Below, piece after piece: positions 20,806-32,067 of a stretch of DNA of 64,000 nt. Under the pieces are notes generated by a model. That model searched no databases, had not been told where the DNA came from, and saw only the letters and a program-made list of their open reading frames with translations. Made by a program: the position numbers and the translations under genes. How positions within the stretch are numbered: the first letter of the stretch is position 1; each line of letters begins with the position of its first letter. Location of the stretch: the NCBI GenBank assembly GCA_035626675.1, contig DASPNH010000127.1, forward strand, positions 23,811-87,810. Direction: 5' to 3'. The DNA is from Candidatus Binatia bacterium. GTDB lineage: Bacteria > Desulfobacterota > Binatia > UBA1149 > CAITLU01.

Positions 20806-23445
20806 CTACCCGCGCGCCCGCCGCCGATCGTCCCATTCCAGCACGGCCGGCAGCACGACGACGTAGCAGATCAGCGTCCACGACACGCCGAGTGCCAGCA
20901 GCTGACCGATCGACGCCGTGCCGCGGTGCGAGCTGAAGCCGAGACTGCCGAACGTCAGAATGGTCGTCACCGCCGAGAAGAACACGGCGCGGGCGGTGCT
21001 GCTGGAGAGCACGTCGATCTCGTCGGGACGCGTTCGGTGCCGGTGTACCAGGTGGATGCCGTTGTCCACGCCCATGCCCACCAGCATCGGCAGCACGATG
21101 ACGTTGCCGAAGTTGAAGGGATGGCCGAGCGTGACCAGGCTCGCGCAAGTCAGCAGCGTGGCCAGCGCAAGCGGGAAGAAGGCCAGGAGCGTGTCCCACA
21201 GACTTCTCCACAGCAGGATCAGGAAGCCGATCATCAGCACGATCCCGATGCTCAGTGCCAGCACCATCGCATGCCAGGTGGCGCGGCCCCACTCGACCTG
21301 CCACACCGCGCTGCCGGTGGCCTGCGGCGCGATCTCGCGCACGGAATCGACGAAGCGTTCGAGCGCGGCACTGTCCGACAGGTCCTCGCTCGGGAAGACC
21401 TGGATGCGCGCCTTGCCCCCGGCGGCGACGAACTGCGAGACCAGATTGGCCGGCAGATCGGTGACCGCGACGTGGTCGGGCTCGAGCAGCAGACGAAGAT
21501 CGCGCAGCTGCTCGGGCAGCGAGCCGACCAGGTTTGCCTGCAGGCCCGCGAATGCCGCCGCCGGCGAAGGCTCGGCTGCGAGCGACAGAAGGAAGCGCGT
21601 CAGGGTTTCGTGCAGGCGCCGCGCTGCCGCGGCCAGCGCCGGGTCGCGCGCGTCGCTTGCGCTGCGTTCGGCTTCCTCGGCGAGCTTTTCGAGCGACCCG
21701 CGCTGCTCTTGGGTGCTGCGGATCTGCGGCGGGGTTCCTTCGGGAAGGAGGAAGAACTGTGCCGTCTCCAGGATCTCGAGCTTCTCTTCCTGCTGCCCCG
21801 GCACGTAGTCGTCGATGGTGCGGACCGAGGAAACCACGTCGAGCGCGGCGATACGACGTGCAAGCTCGCGCGCCTGATCGAGCGAGGGCGCGATCACGTC
21901 GATGATCCAGGGAGTGCTGCCGGGGCGCGACAGGAGATCCTGGAAAGTCTGCACCGACTCGGTACCGGGATCGCGAAGATCGAGCAGGTTGTAGTTGAAG
22001 CGGATCAGCGGCAGCGCGGCCATGCTGGCGAGGGCCGCGGCGATGGCCGCGATGCGGATCGCGCGGGCATGGCGCACCGGCAGATGCGCCAGCGCGGCGA
22101 TCCGCGAACTGGAGCCGGTCCCCGCTCGCGGCGACGGCTCCCCTCCGAGCGACAGCACCGCAGGCACGACCGTGAACGCGCTTAGGAAGCTGAAGAACAT
22201 TCCCGACCCCGCGATGAAGCCGAGCTGGCCCACGCCGGTGAAGTCGGTCAGCAGGAAGATGAAGAAGCCGATGGCGGTGGTGCAGGCGCTCGAGAACAGC
22301 GAGGGCGCCATGCTCTCGGCGGTTTCGCGCAAGGCCCGGGTCCGGCCCGCGCCGGAGGCGATGCGCTCGCGGTAGCGCATGCAGACGTGGATCTGCAGCT
22401 CGCCGCCGAGCCCGATGATGAGAACGTTGGCCACCGCCGAGATCTGGTTGAGATGGCCGATGGTGGCCGCCGCAAAGCCGTTGCTCCACGCCAGCCCCGT
22501 CAGAAGCCCCGTCACCAGTGCCAGGGTCAGACGCAGGGACCGGAACGCCAGCGCCACCGTCAGCGAGAACAGCACGAAGGAGGTGATGCCGACGACGACG
22601 TTCTGGGTCGCGATCGCGACCAGCTCTTCGTAGTTGAGCACCGGCTCGCCGGTGACTCGCACGCGGTAGCCGCGCTCGGGCGTCAGGCTCAGGTCGAGCG
22701 CAGCCTGGCGGATGGCCGCGACGTGCGGACCGGCGTTGAGCAGCGTTCCGAAGTCGAGCCGTCCTCGAAGCGCGACCACGCGCTGGCGGGCCTCGGCCGG
22801 AAGCGTGCTTCCGAGAAGCGCGGTTCCCCAGGGGTCTGGAGCGGGGCGGCGATCGATGGTGGCCTGAACCGCGTTGGCCACGCGCTCCAGGGCCACCGGC
22901 ATCTCCAGGCCTACCGCAGTGCCTTTGCGTTGCGCCGCCAGCGCTTCGCGCAGCAGATCGGCGACGCCGGCGATGCTGGGGTCGCGCTCCAGCGTGGCGA
23001 TGAAAGGCTGGACCTGGCTGAGACGCGTGGTCAGGTCGTCGATCTGATCGACGTCGAAATAGAGGAGCGCGTTGCGCTGGTAGAACGGCCCGCCGCCCGG
23101 GACGTCGACCTGCGTGAACAGGTCGGTGCGCTCGGCCAGACGCGCGGCCAGGGCCTCTGCAGCATGGCCCGCGGCCACGGGACTGTCGGCGTCGATGACG
23201 ACCAGAAAGCCGTCGCCCAGTGTATGAAACGTGTCGGTCAGCTCACGCTGGCGCACCTGGAAAGGCAGGTCCTCGGAGATCAGGCTGCGCGGATCGGCAT
23301 CGACTCCGAGCGTCAGCGCGGCGAAGGCGGCCGAGGCCGACGCCAGCGCGACGATGGCGGCAAGCGCCCGCTTGGGACTGCGCTCGATGCGCGACACGCA
23401 GCGCGCAGCGGCGCTCGCAATGCGTTCCTCCAGATTGCCAGTCAT
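20806..23445 (-). CDS. MMPL/RND-superfamily exporter (HpnN-like)
   Basis: Two sets of TM bundles flank large periplasmic loops. The motifs MVGMGVDNGIHLVHR and LGGELQIHVCMRY are RND/MMPL-like. The ATG at 23445 was confirmed in the sequence. Confidence 0.8.
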   Translation of the reverse strand: MTGNLEERIASAAARCVSRIERSPKRALAAIVALASASAAFAALTLGVDADPRSLISEDLPFQVRQRELTDTFHTLGDGFLVVIDADSPVAAGHAAEALAARLAERTDLFTQVDVPGGGPFYQRNALLYFDVDQIDDLTTRLSQVQPFIATLERDPSIAGVADLLREALAAQRKGTAVGLEMPVALERVANAVQATIDRRPAPDPWGTALLGSTLPAEARQRVVALRGRLDFGTLLNAGPHVAAIRQAALDLSLTPERGYRVRVTGEPVLNYEELVAIATQNVVVGITSFVLFSLTVALAFRSLRLTLALVTGLLTGLAWSNGFAAATIGHLNQISAVANVLIIGLGGELQIHVCMRYRERIASGAGRTRALRETAESMAPSLFSSACTTAIGFFIFLLTDFTGVGQLGFIAGSGMFFSFLSAFTVVPAVLSLGGEPSPRAGTGSSSRIAALAHLPVRHARAIRIAAIAAALASMAALPLIRFNYNLLDLRDPGTESVQTFQDLLSRPGSTPWIIDVIAPSLDQARELARRIAALDVVSSVRTIDDYVPGQQEEKLEILETAQFFLLPEGTPPQIRSTQEQRGSLEKLAEEAERSASDARDPALAAAARRLHETLTRFLLSLAAEPSPAAAFAGLQANLVGSLPEQLRDLRLLLEPDHVAVTDLPANLVSQFVAAGGKARIQVFPSEDLSDSAALERFVDSVREIAPQATGSAVWQVEWGRATWHAMVLALSIGIVLMIGFLILLWRSLWDTLLAFFPLALATLLTCASLVTLGHPFNFGNVIVLPMLVGMGVDNGIHLVHRHRTRPDEIDVLSSSTARAVFFSAVTTILTFGSLGFSSHRGTASIGQLLALGVSWTLICYVVVLPAVLEWDDRRRARG

Positions 23446-23672
23446 CGCGGGTCGAAGAGCTCGGCGCTGCCGCAACGGGTCTCGAGGTCGGTTCGCATGC
23501 CCGCGGTCGGCGGCCGCGGGCAGCGCAGCAGCAGGTCGTGATCTATCAACGCAGGGTCTCGGAGGCGAAAAGGTGGCAGATGGCAGCGGCTGCCGGCGTT
23601 GACGCGGGGGCCGCCCCGGCAGTATGAGAGGTCGTGGCCGCCCCAGCGGCCCCGTCACACCAGGAGGATGCC

Positions 23673-24209
23673 ATGACGAAGACGCTGCGCGTTGCCTTTC
23701 TCGCCTTCATCCTGATCGCCGCACGTTCCGAGCAGGCTGCCGCCTTCGGCGCCGGCGGCGGCGTGCGGTCGGACGTCAAGGGCGACGCCGAGATTCGCAA
23801 GCTCTACGAGACCTTCGTCGAGGACTGGAACAAGCACAACGTCAACGGGATGGCCGATCTCTGGGCCGTCGACGGCGATCACGTCGAGCCCGACGGCAAC
23901 GTGGCCAAGGGCCGTGAGGAAGTGCGCACCCTCTTCACCAAGCAGCACGGAACCGTCTTCCACGACACCAAGCTGGATCTGAAGATCGCCGGCGTCTGGT
24001 TCATCAGCAACGACGTCGCGCTGGTCGACGGCACCTACAGCGTCAAGGGCATCATCGCTCCGACCGGCGAGAAGGTTCCGGAACGGCGCGGTCTGCTGAC
24101 CTCGGTTCTCATGCGCGAAGGCGGCAAGTGGTGGATCGCCGCCAGCCGCCTCATGATCCCGACCACCTTGCCGTACAAGAAGGAAGACGCCGCCGAAAAG
24201 CCGCAGTAG
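23673..24209 (+). CDS. Secreted SnoaL-like/NTF2-fold protein (DUF4440/SgcJ-EcaC-like)
   Basis: A CAGGAGGA RBS lies 5 nt upstream. The signal peptide is MTKTLRVAFLAFILIAARSEQAAA. ETFVEDWNKHNVNGMADLWAVDGDHVEPDG is the NTF2-like signature. Confidence 0.65.
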   Translation: MTKTLRVAFLAFILIAARSEQAAAFGAGGGVRSDVKGDAEIRKLYETFVEDWNKHNVNGMADLWAVDGDHVEPDGNVAKGREEVRTLFTKQHGTVFHDTKLDLKIAGVWFISNDVALVDGTYSVKGIIAPTGEKVPERRGLLTSVLMREGGKWWIAASRLMIPTTLPYKKEDAAEKPQ

Positions 24210-24463
24210 CGGATCGCGAGGACAGGTACGCCACCCGGCGCACGGCAGCGTGCCTGCGCCGGATGCGCGAGCCGGGACAGAGTGCTGCCAGCCCGAGGGC
24301 TCGCGCGGCCTGGGCCGGATGCGGAGCCGGAATGCAGGGGGCCCGGTCGGTCGCCTCGCGCACCTGAGAGTTTTTGTCGGCGACGGTATCCCGCCGCCCA
24401 TCCCGGACCGTTACACTCCATGCTGACCGGCGCCACCGACGCGTGCGGCAAAGGGATGCATTC

Positions 24464-25291
24464 ATGCTCTTCAGGATTTCCCGACGCACTCTCCTGCTCG
24501 CCGCCACGATCGCCGCGCTGTCTTTCGCCGGCGTGCACCCAGCAGCGGCCGCCAACGGCGACTGCTCGCAGCCGGTCACGTCGGGCAGCAATCCGACAGC
24601 TTCCGATTGCCTCTACATCCTGCGCACGGGCGTCGGCGTGACCGAGTGCGAACTGTGCGTCTGTGACACCAACGGCTCGCTGACCATCACCGCCACCGAT
24701 GCGCTGATCTGTCTGCGCGTTGCGGTCAATCAGCCCGTTCCACTCAACTGCCCCGACTGCGGCGGCGTCAGCACCTCCACGTCGACTTCGACGACCACGA
24801 GCAGCTCGACGACGACGGTTCCCTTCTGCGGCGACGGCTTCCTCGATTTCGGCGAAGACTGCGACGACGGCGACAACGAAGACAACGACGGCTGCGACGC
24901 CGAGTGCCTGCTCGAGGGCGGCACCTGCGTCGACGACGCCGACCTGCTCTGCAATGACACGGACACCTGGGACACGCTCGACGACGGCTCCACCGACCGC
25001 ATCGAGTTCTACGGCTGCGAGGAATGGTTCGAGAGCGGCCGGGAGTACACCTATCTGTTCGCGCCGGAATTCAGCGAGAACGTCCTGGTGGAGGTCTTCT
25101 CCGAGTTCGGCGTCGATCACGACGTGTTCGTGCTTCTGGACGATGGGCTCGGCTGCCAGCCCGGCAACTGCATCGCTTCGGGAGAAGACTCGGCCGAATT
25201 CGTGGCCGGTGCAGGCGAGTTCTACTACATCGTCGTCGACGGCTTCGAAGGGGATGCCGGCGCCTTTACCATCGATCTCAGCTGCAAGTAG
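24464..25291 (+). CDS. Secreted protein with a dockerin-like segment, a Myxococcus-type cysteine-rich repeat and a PPC (pre-peptidase C-terminal)-like domain
   Basis: The signal peptide is MLFRISRRTLLLAATIAALSFAGVHPAAA. CDTNGSLTITATDALICLRVAV is a dockerin-like half-site. CGDGFLDFGEDCDDGDNEDNDGCDAECLLE is a Cys-rich repeat. The C-terminus ...YYIVVDGFEGDAGAFTIDLSC is PPC-like. Confidence 0.65.
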   Translation: MLFRISRRTLLLAATIAALSFAGVHPAAAANGDCSQPVTSGSNPTASDCLYILRTGVGVTECELCVCDTNGSLTITATDALICLRVAVNQPVPLNCPDCGGVSTSTSTSTTTSSSTTTVPFCGDGFLDFGEDCDDGDNEDNDGCDAECLLEGGTCVDDADLLCNDTDTWDTLDDGSTDRIEFYGCEEWFESGREYTYLFAPEFSENVLVEVFSEFGVDHDVFVLLDDGLGCQPGNCIASGEDSAEFVAGAGEFYYIVVDGFEGDAGAFTIDLSCK

Positions 25292-25300
25292 CGGAGGGCA

Positions 25301-26890
25301 TCAACCGCGCGCTGGATGCTGCGGCGGGCAATCGGCCAGGGTGAAATAGAACGTCGCCCCGCGGCCATGGGTCGCACGGGCCCACAGCTTGCCGCCATGG
25401 CGATGTACGATGCGGCGCACGGCAGCCAGTCCGACGCCTTCGCCTTCGCGGTCGTCGTCGTTGTGCAGGCTGCGGAACGGCGTGAAGAGGGCCCCGGCAT
25501 CCTTCATGTCGAATCCGGTCCCGTTGTCGCGGACGAAGTAGGCCTTGGTGCCGTCGTACTGCGTCTCGCATCCCACCTCGATCGATGCCTGCGCGGTGCG
25601 CGAAGTGTACTTCCAGGCATTGTCCAGCAGATTCTGCAGCATGATCTGGAGCAGCTTGGAGTCGCCGGTTACGGGCAGAGCCGGTTCGACCTGCACATGC
25701 GTTACCCGGTGCGGATCGCGTTCACGCAGCCCATCGAGGTGGATGCGGGCGAGCACGGCCAGATCCACCGGGACGGCATGCAGCTGGCAGGTGCTGATGT
25801 GCACGAGCTGAACCAGGGCATCCAGGCGACGATCGATCTCGACGGCGGTCTCGTGAGCCGTCGCGGCCGAATCGCCATCCGTCGAGGCCTGACGCAGCAG
25901 CCGCTGCAGAGGTTCGCGCACGTGGTGTGTCACCGACTGCAGCAGCGTCTCGAGCTCGCGGTTGGTGGCGACGAGCTGATGCGTGCTCGTCTGCAGCCTC
26001 TGCTCCAGGTCGCCTCGCGCACGCAGGTTGTCGACGGAAAGGGCGGTCGCCGCAGCGAGCGCTTGCACCAACTCGATCTGACGAGCGTCGCAGGAGTGGC
26101 GCGTCGCCCAGTATCCGCCAATGGCACCCAGAGGGTCGCGGCGGCCGACCGGCACCATCAACAGGCTGCGAACGAACGTGGGCCGATACACGTCGGCCGG
26201 TATGCGGGCATCGGCGTAGACGTCTTCGATCATGGCCGGCTCGCCGCTGAGCATGCACCAGCCGCTGATGCAGCTGCTCATGGGGAAACGCTGTCCCTTC
26301 CACAGCGGTGCGATGGCGTCCTCGTCCACGTAATGGCACTGGTCGCCTTCGCGAAGCACGAAGGTGGCGCCGTCTGCCCCGGTGATCCCACGCGCGGCGG
26401 TGCGAACGATTGCGGCGATGGTCTCGACGTCGGTAGCCTGCGAGAGCTCCTGGACGGCTGCGGTCAATCGCAGAGTCGCTTCGACCTGCGCCGTCACCGC
26501 GCGATGCTCGCGGTTCTTCTGCGCGGCACGCAACTCGCGCTGCGCCACCGCGATCAGGCGCCACTCGTGATCCTTGAGCACGTAGTCGGCGGCGCCGGCG
26601 GTCAGCATCGTCTTGACGCTGGACTCCTCGGCCGCCCCCGAGAGACAGACGAAAGGTGTTTCGGGGAGGAATTGCCTGGCCAGGTGGAGCGCCTCCAAGG
26701 GCGCCATGCCAGGGATGCTGCTGTCGGCCAGGATGAGGTCGAAATCGCCGGTCACGAGCGCGTCACGGTAGGAATCTGCGTTTCCGACGAGCTCGATGTC
26801 GGCATCGATGCCGCCGCCACCGAGCCAATGCCCGATCAGATACGCATCGTTGGCGTTGTCTTCCAGATGCAGAATCCGGCCGTGACTCAT
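25301..26890 (-). CDS. Hybrid signalling protein with an N-terminal receiver, GAF domain and histidine kinase
   Basis: The N-terminal REC is ILHLEDNANDAYL...DLILADSSIPGM. The GAF region runs VRTAARGITGADGATFVL...IPADVYRPTFVRSLLMVPV. The H-box is VTHHVREPL and the HATPase motifs are DNGTGF and GVGLAAVRR. Confidence 0.8.
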   Translation of the reverse strand: MSHGRILHLEDNANDAYLIGHWLGGGGIDADIELVGNADSYRDALVTGDFDLILADSSIPGMAPLEALHLARQFLPETPFVCLSGAAEESSVKTMLTAGAADYVLKDHEWRLIAVAQRELRAAQKNREHRAVTAQVEATLRLTAAVQELSQATDVETIAAIVRTAARGITGADGATFVLREGDQCHYVDEDAIAPLWKGQRFPMSSCISGWCMLSGEPAMIEDVYADARIPADVYRPTFVRSLLMVPVGRRDPLGAIGGYWATRHSCDARQIELVQALAAATALSVDNLRARGDLEQRLQTSTHQLVATNRELETLLQSVTHHVREPLQRLLRQASTDGDSAATAHETAVEIDRRLDALVQLVHISTCQLHAVPVDLAVLARIHLDGLRERDPHRVTHVQVEPALPVTGDSKLLQIMLQNLLDNAWKYTSRTAQASIEVGCETQYDGTKAYFVRDNGTGFDMKDAGALFTPFRSLHNDDDREGEGVGLAAVRRIVHRHGGKLWARATHGRGATFYFTLADCPPQHPARG

Positions 26891-26999
26891 CGCGTGCCAA
26901 GCCCCCTTCGCACGCCTGCGAAGTTAGCGCGAAGGGCTCGCGCCCGCTATGCCGATTTCCCTTAGAGGACGACGATTGCCGGTATCTACGTGGCACCCT

Positions 27000-27950
27000 T
27001 CACGTTGATTCCGACCAAAAATTTCGCGCCAGCTCTTCGGCGCTTTCGACGGTGGTGACCGAGGCGATGGTGGTTCCGAGCGAAGCGAAGAAGCCGCGCA
27101 GCGGCCGGCCCGGGCCCAGTTCGGCGACCTGGACGCCGCGTGCCAGCAAGGCTCGCATGTCGTCGACCCAACGCACCGTCGCCGTCACCTGCGCCGTCAA
27201 CGCGCGCTCGAGCGATGTCCGCTCGCCTTCGTGAAAGGTGCCCGTCGTATTGCATGCCACCGCTGCGGATGCACCGGCATCGAGAGGAGCTTCCGACAGT
27301 GCTCGTGCAAGTTGTTCGCAGACTGGTCGCATGTAGCGTGAGTGAAACGGCGCAGAGACTCGCAGCGCGATGGTTTTCGCCTTCCAGGATGGTTGGGCTC
27401 GCAAAGCGTCGACGGCACGGGCGACGTCGCCCGCGCGTCCACTGATGACGGCTTGATCCAGCGCGTTGTGGTTGGCGACGTCCACGTCGAGCGGCGCCAC
27501 CAGGGCCGCGAGCGCATCGACGTCCAGGTCGCGCTGCAGGACTGCGGTCATGGCGCCTTCGCCGGCGGGCGTCGCCTCCTGCATCAGGCGGCCCCGTAGC
27601 CGCACCAGACGCGCGGCGTCGCCCAGTGCGATGGCCCCGGCAGCAACCAGGGCCGCGTATTCGCCAAGACTGTGGCCCGCAAAGAGCGTTGCGCTGATGC
27701 CGAAGTGCGAACGCAGAGCCGTCAAGATGGCGATCTCGACAGTCAGGATGGCGGGCTGCTGGAACTCGGTCAGAGCCAGGCGCGGATCGTCTTCGAAGCA
27801 GATGCGGGCAAGGTCGAGACCGCAGGCGTCCGAGGCCTCGGCAAACACGGCCGCCGACTCGGGGAAGCGTTCGACGAAGTCGCGGCCCATCCCGCGTCGC
27901 TGGCAGCCTTGTCCGGGAAAGACGAAGGCGAGAGCGGCACCAGTCGTCAC
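27000..27950 (-). CDS. fabD: ACP S-malonyltransferase
   Basis: FVFPGQGCQ and GHSLGEYAAL are the active-site motifs. The GTG start overlaps the upstream lipoprotein stop as GTGA. Confidence 0.8.
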   Translation of the reverse strand: MTTGAALAFVFPGQGCQRRGMGRDFVERFPESAAVFAEASDACGLDLARICFEDDPRLALTEFQQPAILTVEIAILTALRSHFGISATLFAGHSLGEYAALVAAGAIALGDAARLVRLRGRLMQEATPAGEGAMTAVLQRDLDVDALAALVAPLDVDVANHNALDQAVISGRAGDVARAVDALRAQPSWKAKTIALRVSAPFHSRYMRPVCEQLARALSEAPLDAGASAAVACNTTGTFHEGERTSLERALTAQVTATVRWVDDMRALLARGVQVAELGPGRPLRGFFASLGTTIASVTTVESAEELARNFWSEST

Positions 27951-28447
27951 GGTTGCGAAGCTGCGGGCGTATCCGGGGGACTGGCCATGGGCAGCGTCAC
28001 GGCTGCGACCTGACTCGGCGGACCCGTCTCACCGTCTTCGGTCACCGCACGCACGCGATACCAGACCGTGCCAGTGGAGACGGCTGGCCGGTCGACGTGC
28101 CGGAAGCGGCTCTTCCGGCGCAGCTTTTCCTGATCGATGACGTCGATGCGCGCGATCTCGGCAAACTCGCCGGGCTGCTCGGCACGCTCGACGACGAACG
28201 CCGCCAGGTCGTAGAGCCGGCGCCCGTCGACGCTGCGTTCGGCACGCCGCCAGGTCACTTCGATTCCGCCATCCTTGGCAGCCAGCGTGACCTCGCCTTC
28301 GACGACGGGCGCGGTCTCTTCGGGAGGACGCGGATCTGTGCGAAGTCCGCACGCCGGCGCAAGTGCCAGCATCGAGGCGACAGCGAGCCAGCGCACGTTC
28401 AGGAAGCGCGCGCGCGTCGGTGCCGAAGGCCGCGCTGGCATTCCCAT
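27947..28447 (-). CDS. Small lipoprotein with an FN3/Ig-like fold, function unknown
   Basis: MGMPARPSAPTRARFLNVRWLAVASMLALAPAC carries a lipobox (LAPAC). The gene lies in-operon between argH and fabD. Confidence 0.55.
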   Translation of the reverse strand: MGMPARPSAPTRARFLNVRWLAVASMLALAPACGLRTDPRPPEETAPVVEGEVTLAAKDGGIEVTWRRAERSVDGRRLYDLAAFVVERAEQPGEFAEIARIDVIDQEKLRRKSRFRHVDRPAVSTGTVWYRVRAVTEDGETGPPSQVAAVTLPMASPPDTPAASQP

Positions 28448-28488
28448 GAAGCGTGCGAGCGTCGATGCGAAGGGCAGTGCTCGAACGC

Positions 28489-29991
28489 TCACGAGACGCT
28501 CAATCCGTGCCGCTTGGCCAGCGTCCGCAGCCGCTTCTTCACCAGGGCAGGCGAGGTGCCACCGGTCGAGGTGCGACGCGCGACGCTGCGATCGAGCGTC
28601 AGCAGCTCGGTCACGCTGGAGCCGGCTTTCTGATCGGCCTGCGGGCTGAGCGCCGGCGAGAAGGCGCCCAACTCGCGGGCGTCGAGCGAGGTCAGCGCGC
28701 GGCCGCTGTCCAGGCAGTGCCGTACGATCTTGCCGACGATCTCGTGCGCTAGACGGAACGGCGTGCCTCGCGAGACCAGGATCTCGGCCAGATCGGTGGC
28801 CAGGAGCATGGGATCGGATGCGGCCTTGCGCATCGCCTCCGCATCGAATGTCAGCGAGCGGATCATCGCCGCCAGGATCGACAGGCAGTGCAGAGTCGTG
28901 TCGACGCTGTCGAACAGCGGCTCCTTGTCCTCCTGAAGATCGAAGTTGTACGTCAGCGGCAGGCCCTTGACGGCAGTCAGGACGGCCACGAGGTTGCCGT
29001 AGACGCGCCCGCTCTTGCCGCGCACGAGCTCGGCTATGTCGGGGTTCTTCTTCTGCGGCATCATCGAGCTTCCCGTCGAGAAGGCGTCGTGCAGCCGCAC
29101 GAAGCCGTACTCGCTGGTCGCCCACAGCACGATCTCGGCCGACAGGCGCGAGAGGTGGCTGAACAGCGTGGCCGCCGCCGCCAGCGGCTCGATGACGAAA
29201 TCGCGCGAGGCCACGGCGTCCATGCTGTTGTCGGCAACGCGCGCAAAGCCGAGCTCGCGTGCCACGTGCTCGCGGTCGATGGGCAAGGTGGTGCCGGCGA
29301 TGGCGCCGGCGCCCAGCACCAGGACGTCGGCACGAGTGCGCGCGTCGGCAAAGCGGCCGCGATCGCGCGAAAGCATCTCGTAATAGGCCAGCAGGTGATG
29401 CGCGAGCAGCACCGGCTGTGCGCGTTGCATGTGTGTGTATCCGGGCAGGACGGCGTTCTCGTTGGCCAGAGCGACTTCCAGCAGCGCGCGCTGCAACTCC
29501 TCGACGGCAGCGTCGATCTGGCCGAGCGCGTCCTTGACGTACAGCCGGAAGTCGTTGGCGACCTGATCGTTGCGCGAGCGCGCCGTGTGCAGCTTGGCGC
29601 CGGGCTCGCCGATGGTAGCGGTGAGCTGGCGCTCGATGGCCATGTGGATGTCTTCGTCGGCCACGTCGAAGACGAAGCGTCCGGCCTCGATGTCGTTCTC
29701 GATCTTGCGCAGGCCGATCTCGATCTTGCGCGCTTCGGTCGCGGTCAGCAGGCCCACCGAAGCCAGCATGTTGGCGTGCGCGATGCTGGCGCGCACGTCG
29801 TAGCGATACAGGCGGCGATCGAATCCGATGGAGGCCGTGAATGCCTGCATCGCCGCGTCGGGAGCGGCATCGAAGCGGCCGCCCCAGGAACGATTGCTCT
29901 CCACGCCCGACGCCGGTGGTGGGGCCGATGCCGAGGCCTTGGCCGGACCCGTCGCGTTGGACGTCCTTCCCTTGTTTGGAGTCTTGGCCAC
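28489..29991 (-). CDS. argH: Argininosuccinate lyase
   Basis: WGGRF, the fumarase/ASL family signature [12 protein letters not shown], and [12 protein letters not shown] are all present. About 38 extra Ala/Pro-rich residues precede WGGRF. An internal GTG near 29904 could be the true start. Confidence 0.9.
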   Translation of the reverse strand: MAKTPNKGRTSNATGPAKASASAPPPASGVESNRSWGGRFDAAPDAAMQAFTASIGFDRRLYRYDVRASIAHANMLASVGLLTATEARKIEIGLRKIENDIEAGRFVFDVADEDIHMAIERQLTATIGEPGAKLHTARSRNDQVANDFRLYVKDALGQIDAAVEELQRALLEVALANENAVLPGYTHMQRAQPVLLAHHLLAYYEMLSRDRGRFADARTRADVLVLGAGAIAGTTLPIDREHVARELGFARVADNSMDAVASRDFVIEPLAAAATLFSHLSRLSAEIVLWATSEYGFVRLHDAFSTGSSMMPQKKNPDIAELVRGKSGRVYGNLVAVLTAVKGLPLTYNFDLQEDKEPLFDSVDTTLHCLSILAAMIRSLTFDAEAMRKAASDPMLLATDLAEILVSRGTPFRLAHEIVGKIVRHCLDSGRALTSLDARELGAFSPALSPQADQKAGSSVTELLTLDRSVARRTSTGGTSPALVKKRLRTLAKRHGLSVS

Positions 29992-30121
29992 GAGTAGCCC
30001 TTTTTTTTCGCGAAACCGCAGACAGGTCCAATCGGGGCGTTAGCCGAGTTGCCGTACCTGGCGGCGGATCAGGCGCGATGCGTACGGAAAATGACCGAGA
30101 CTTCGGCCTCCGCCATGCGGC

Positions 30122-31336
<1,215 letters not shown>

Positions 31337-31503
31337 GAGCCGGTTTTTGCCGGAAAAACCGGTCAGGTCCAGTCAGGCGGTGCGTTGGCGGGCAGGGCGC
31401 CGCGGCTGGCCGGAGTCCGTCGCATTGCCCGTACACCGTCGCGCACGGATTGTATGGAAAAGCTCTGGCCGACCAGCGAGCCCGATGTCATGACTGTCGT
31501 TGC

Positions 31504-31980
31504 ATGTCTTCGCGCGATGACGATCGTTTCGCTACTTCGACGGTTCCGGCCTGGGCCGAGCGGCTCGTACGATTTCTGGATGATGGCTTCGTCGTTCCGG
31601 GAACTACGTTCCGCGTCGGCTTCGATGCGATTCTCGGCCTCATCCCCGGCGTCGGCGATCTTCTGACCACCTCTACCGGCTTGTCCCTCGTCTATCTGGC
31701 GCACCAGCGCGGCGTGTCCAAGGCGGTGCTCGGCCGCATGCTTCTCAATCTGGGTCTGGATTCGATGATCGGGGCGATCCCGGTCCTCGGCGACCTGTTC
31801 GACATCGTCTTCAAGGCCAACCGGCGCAACCTTACGCTGCTGCAGCGCTACGACCGCGCACCACGGGCAGCTGCGGCCGGCGATACGATCTTCCTGGTGC
31901 TGGCCCTGCTTGCGGCCTTCGCGATCATGATGGTGCCGTTCGTGCTCGCGGTCCTGCTGGTGCGCGCGCTGCTGGATTGA
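31504..31980 (+). CDS. DUF4112-family small membrane protein
   Basis: VGFDAILGLIPGVGDLLTT...GAIPVLGDLFDIVFKAN is the conserved DUF4112 core. A C-terminal TM helix is present. The ATG at 31504 was verified in the sequence. Confidence 0.6.
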   Translation: MSSRDDDRFATSTVPAWAERLVRFLDDGFVVPGTTFRVGFDAILGLIPGVGDLLTTSTGLSLVYLAHQRGVSKAVLGRMLLNLGLDSMIGAIPVLGDLFDIVFKANRRNLTLLQRYDRAPRAAAAGDTIFLVLALLAAFAIMMVPFVLAVLLVRALLD

Positions 31981-32067
31981 GGCCGAGCCCGTGCGGCGCC
32001 GCCGCGCGTTGCGGGGCATGCGCCTCGGCGGTCGCGCGTGCGCCCCATCAACCGAGGGCGCGGCCGC

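Noticed and set aside
20420-22489. 689-aa minus ORF and 461-aa plus ORF inside the MMPL transporter
   Set aside because: They are out of frame with the MMPL gene, which shows clear TM bundles and RND motifs. They are Arg/Gly-rich.
26988-27010. TGGCAC motif resembling a sigma-54 -24 element upstream of the hybrid kinase
   Set aside because: No TTGC -12 element lies at the correct spacing.
27947-30031. 694-aa ORF spanning the lipoprotein and argH region
   Set aside because: It is a read-through of the lipoprotein frame across argH. Only the last 166 codons (28447-27947) form a credible lipoprotein. argH is in another frame.
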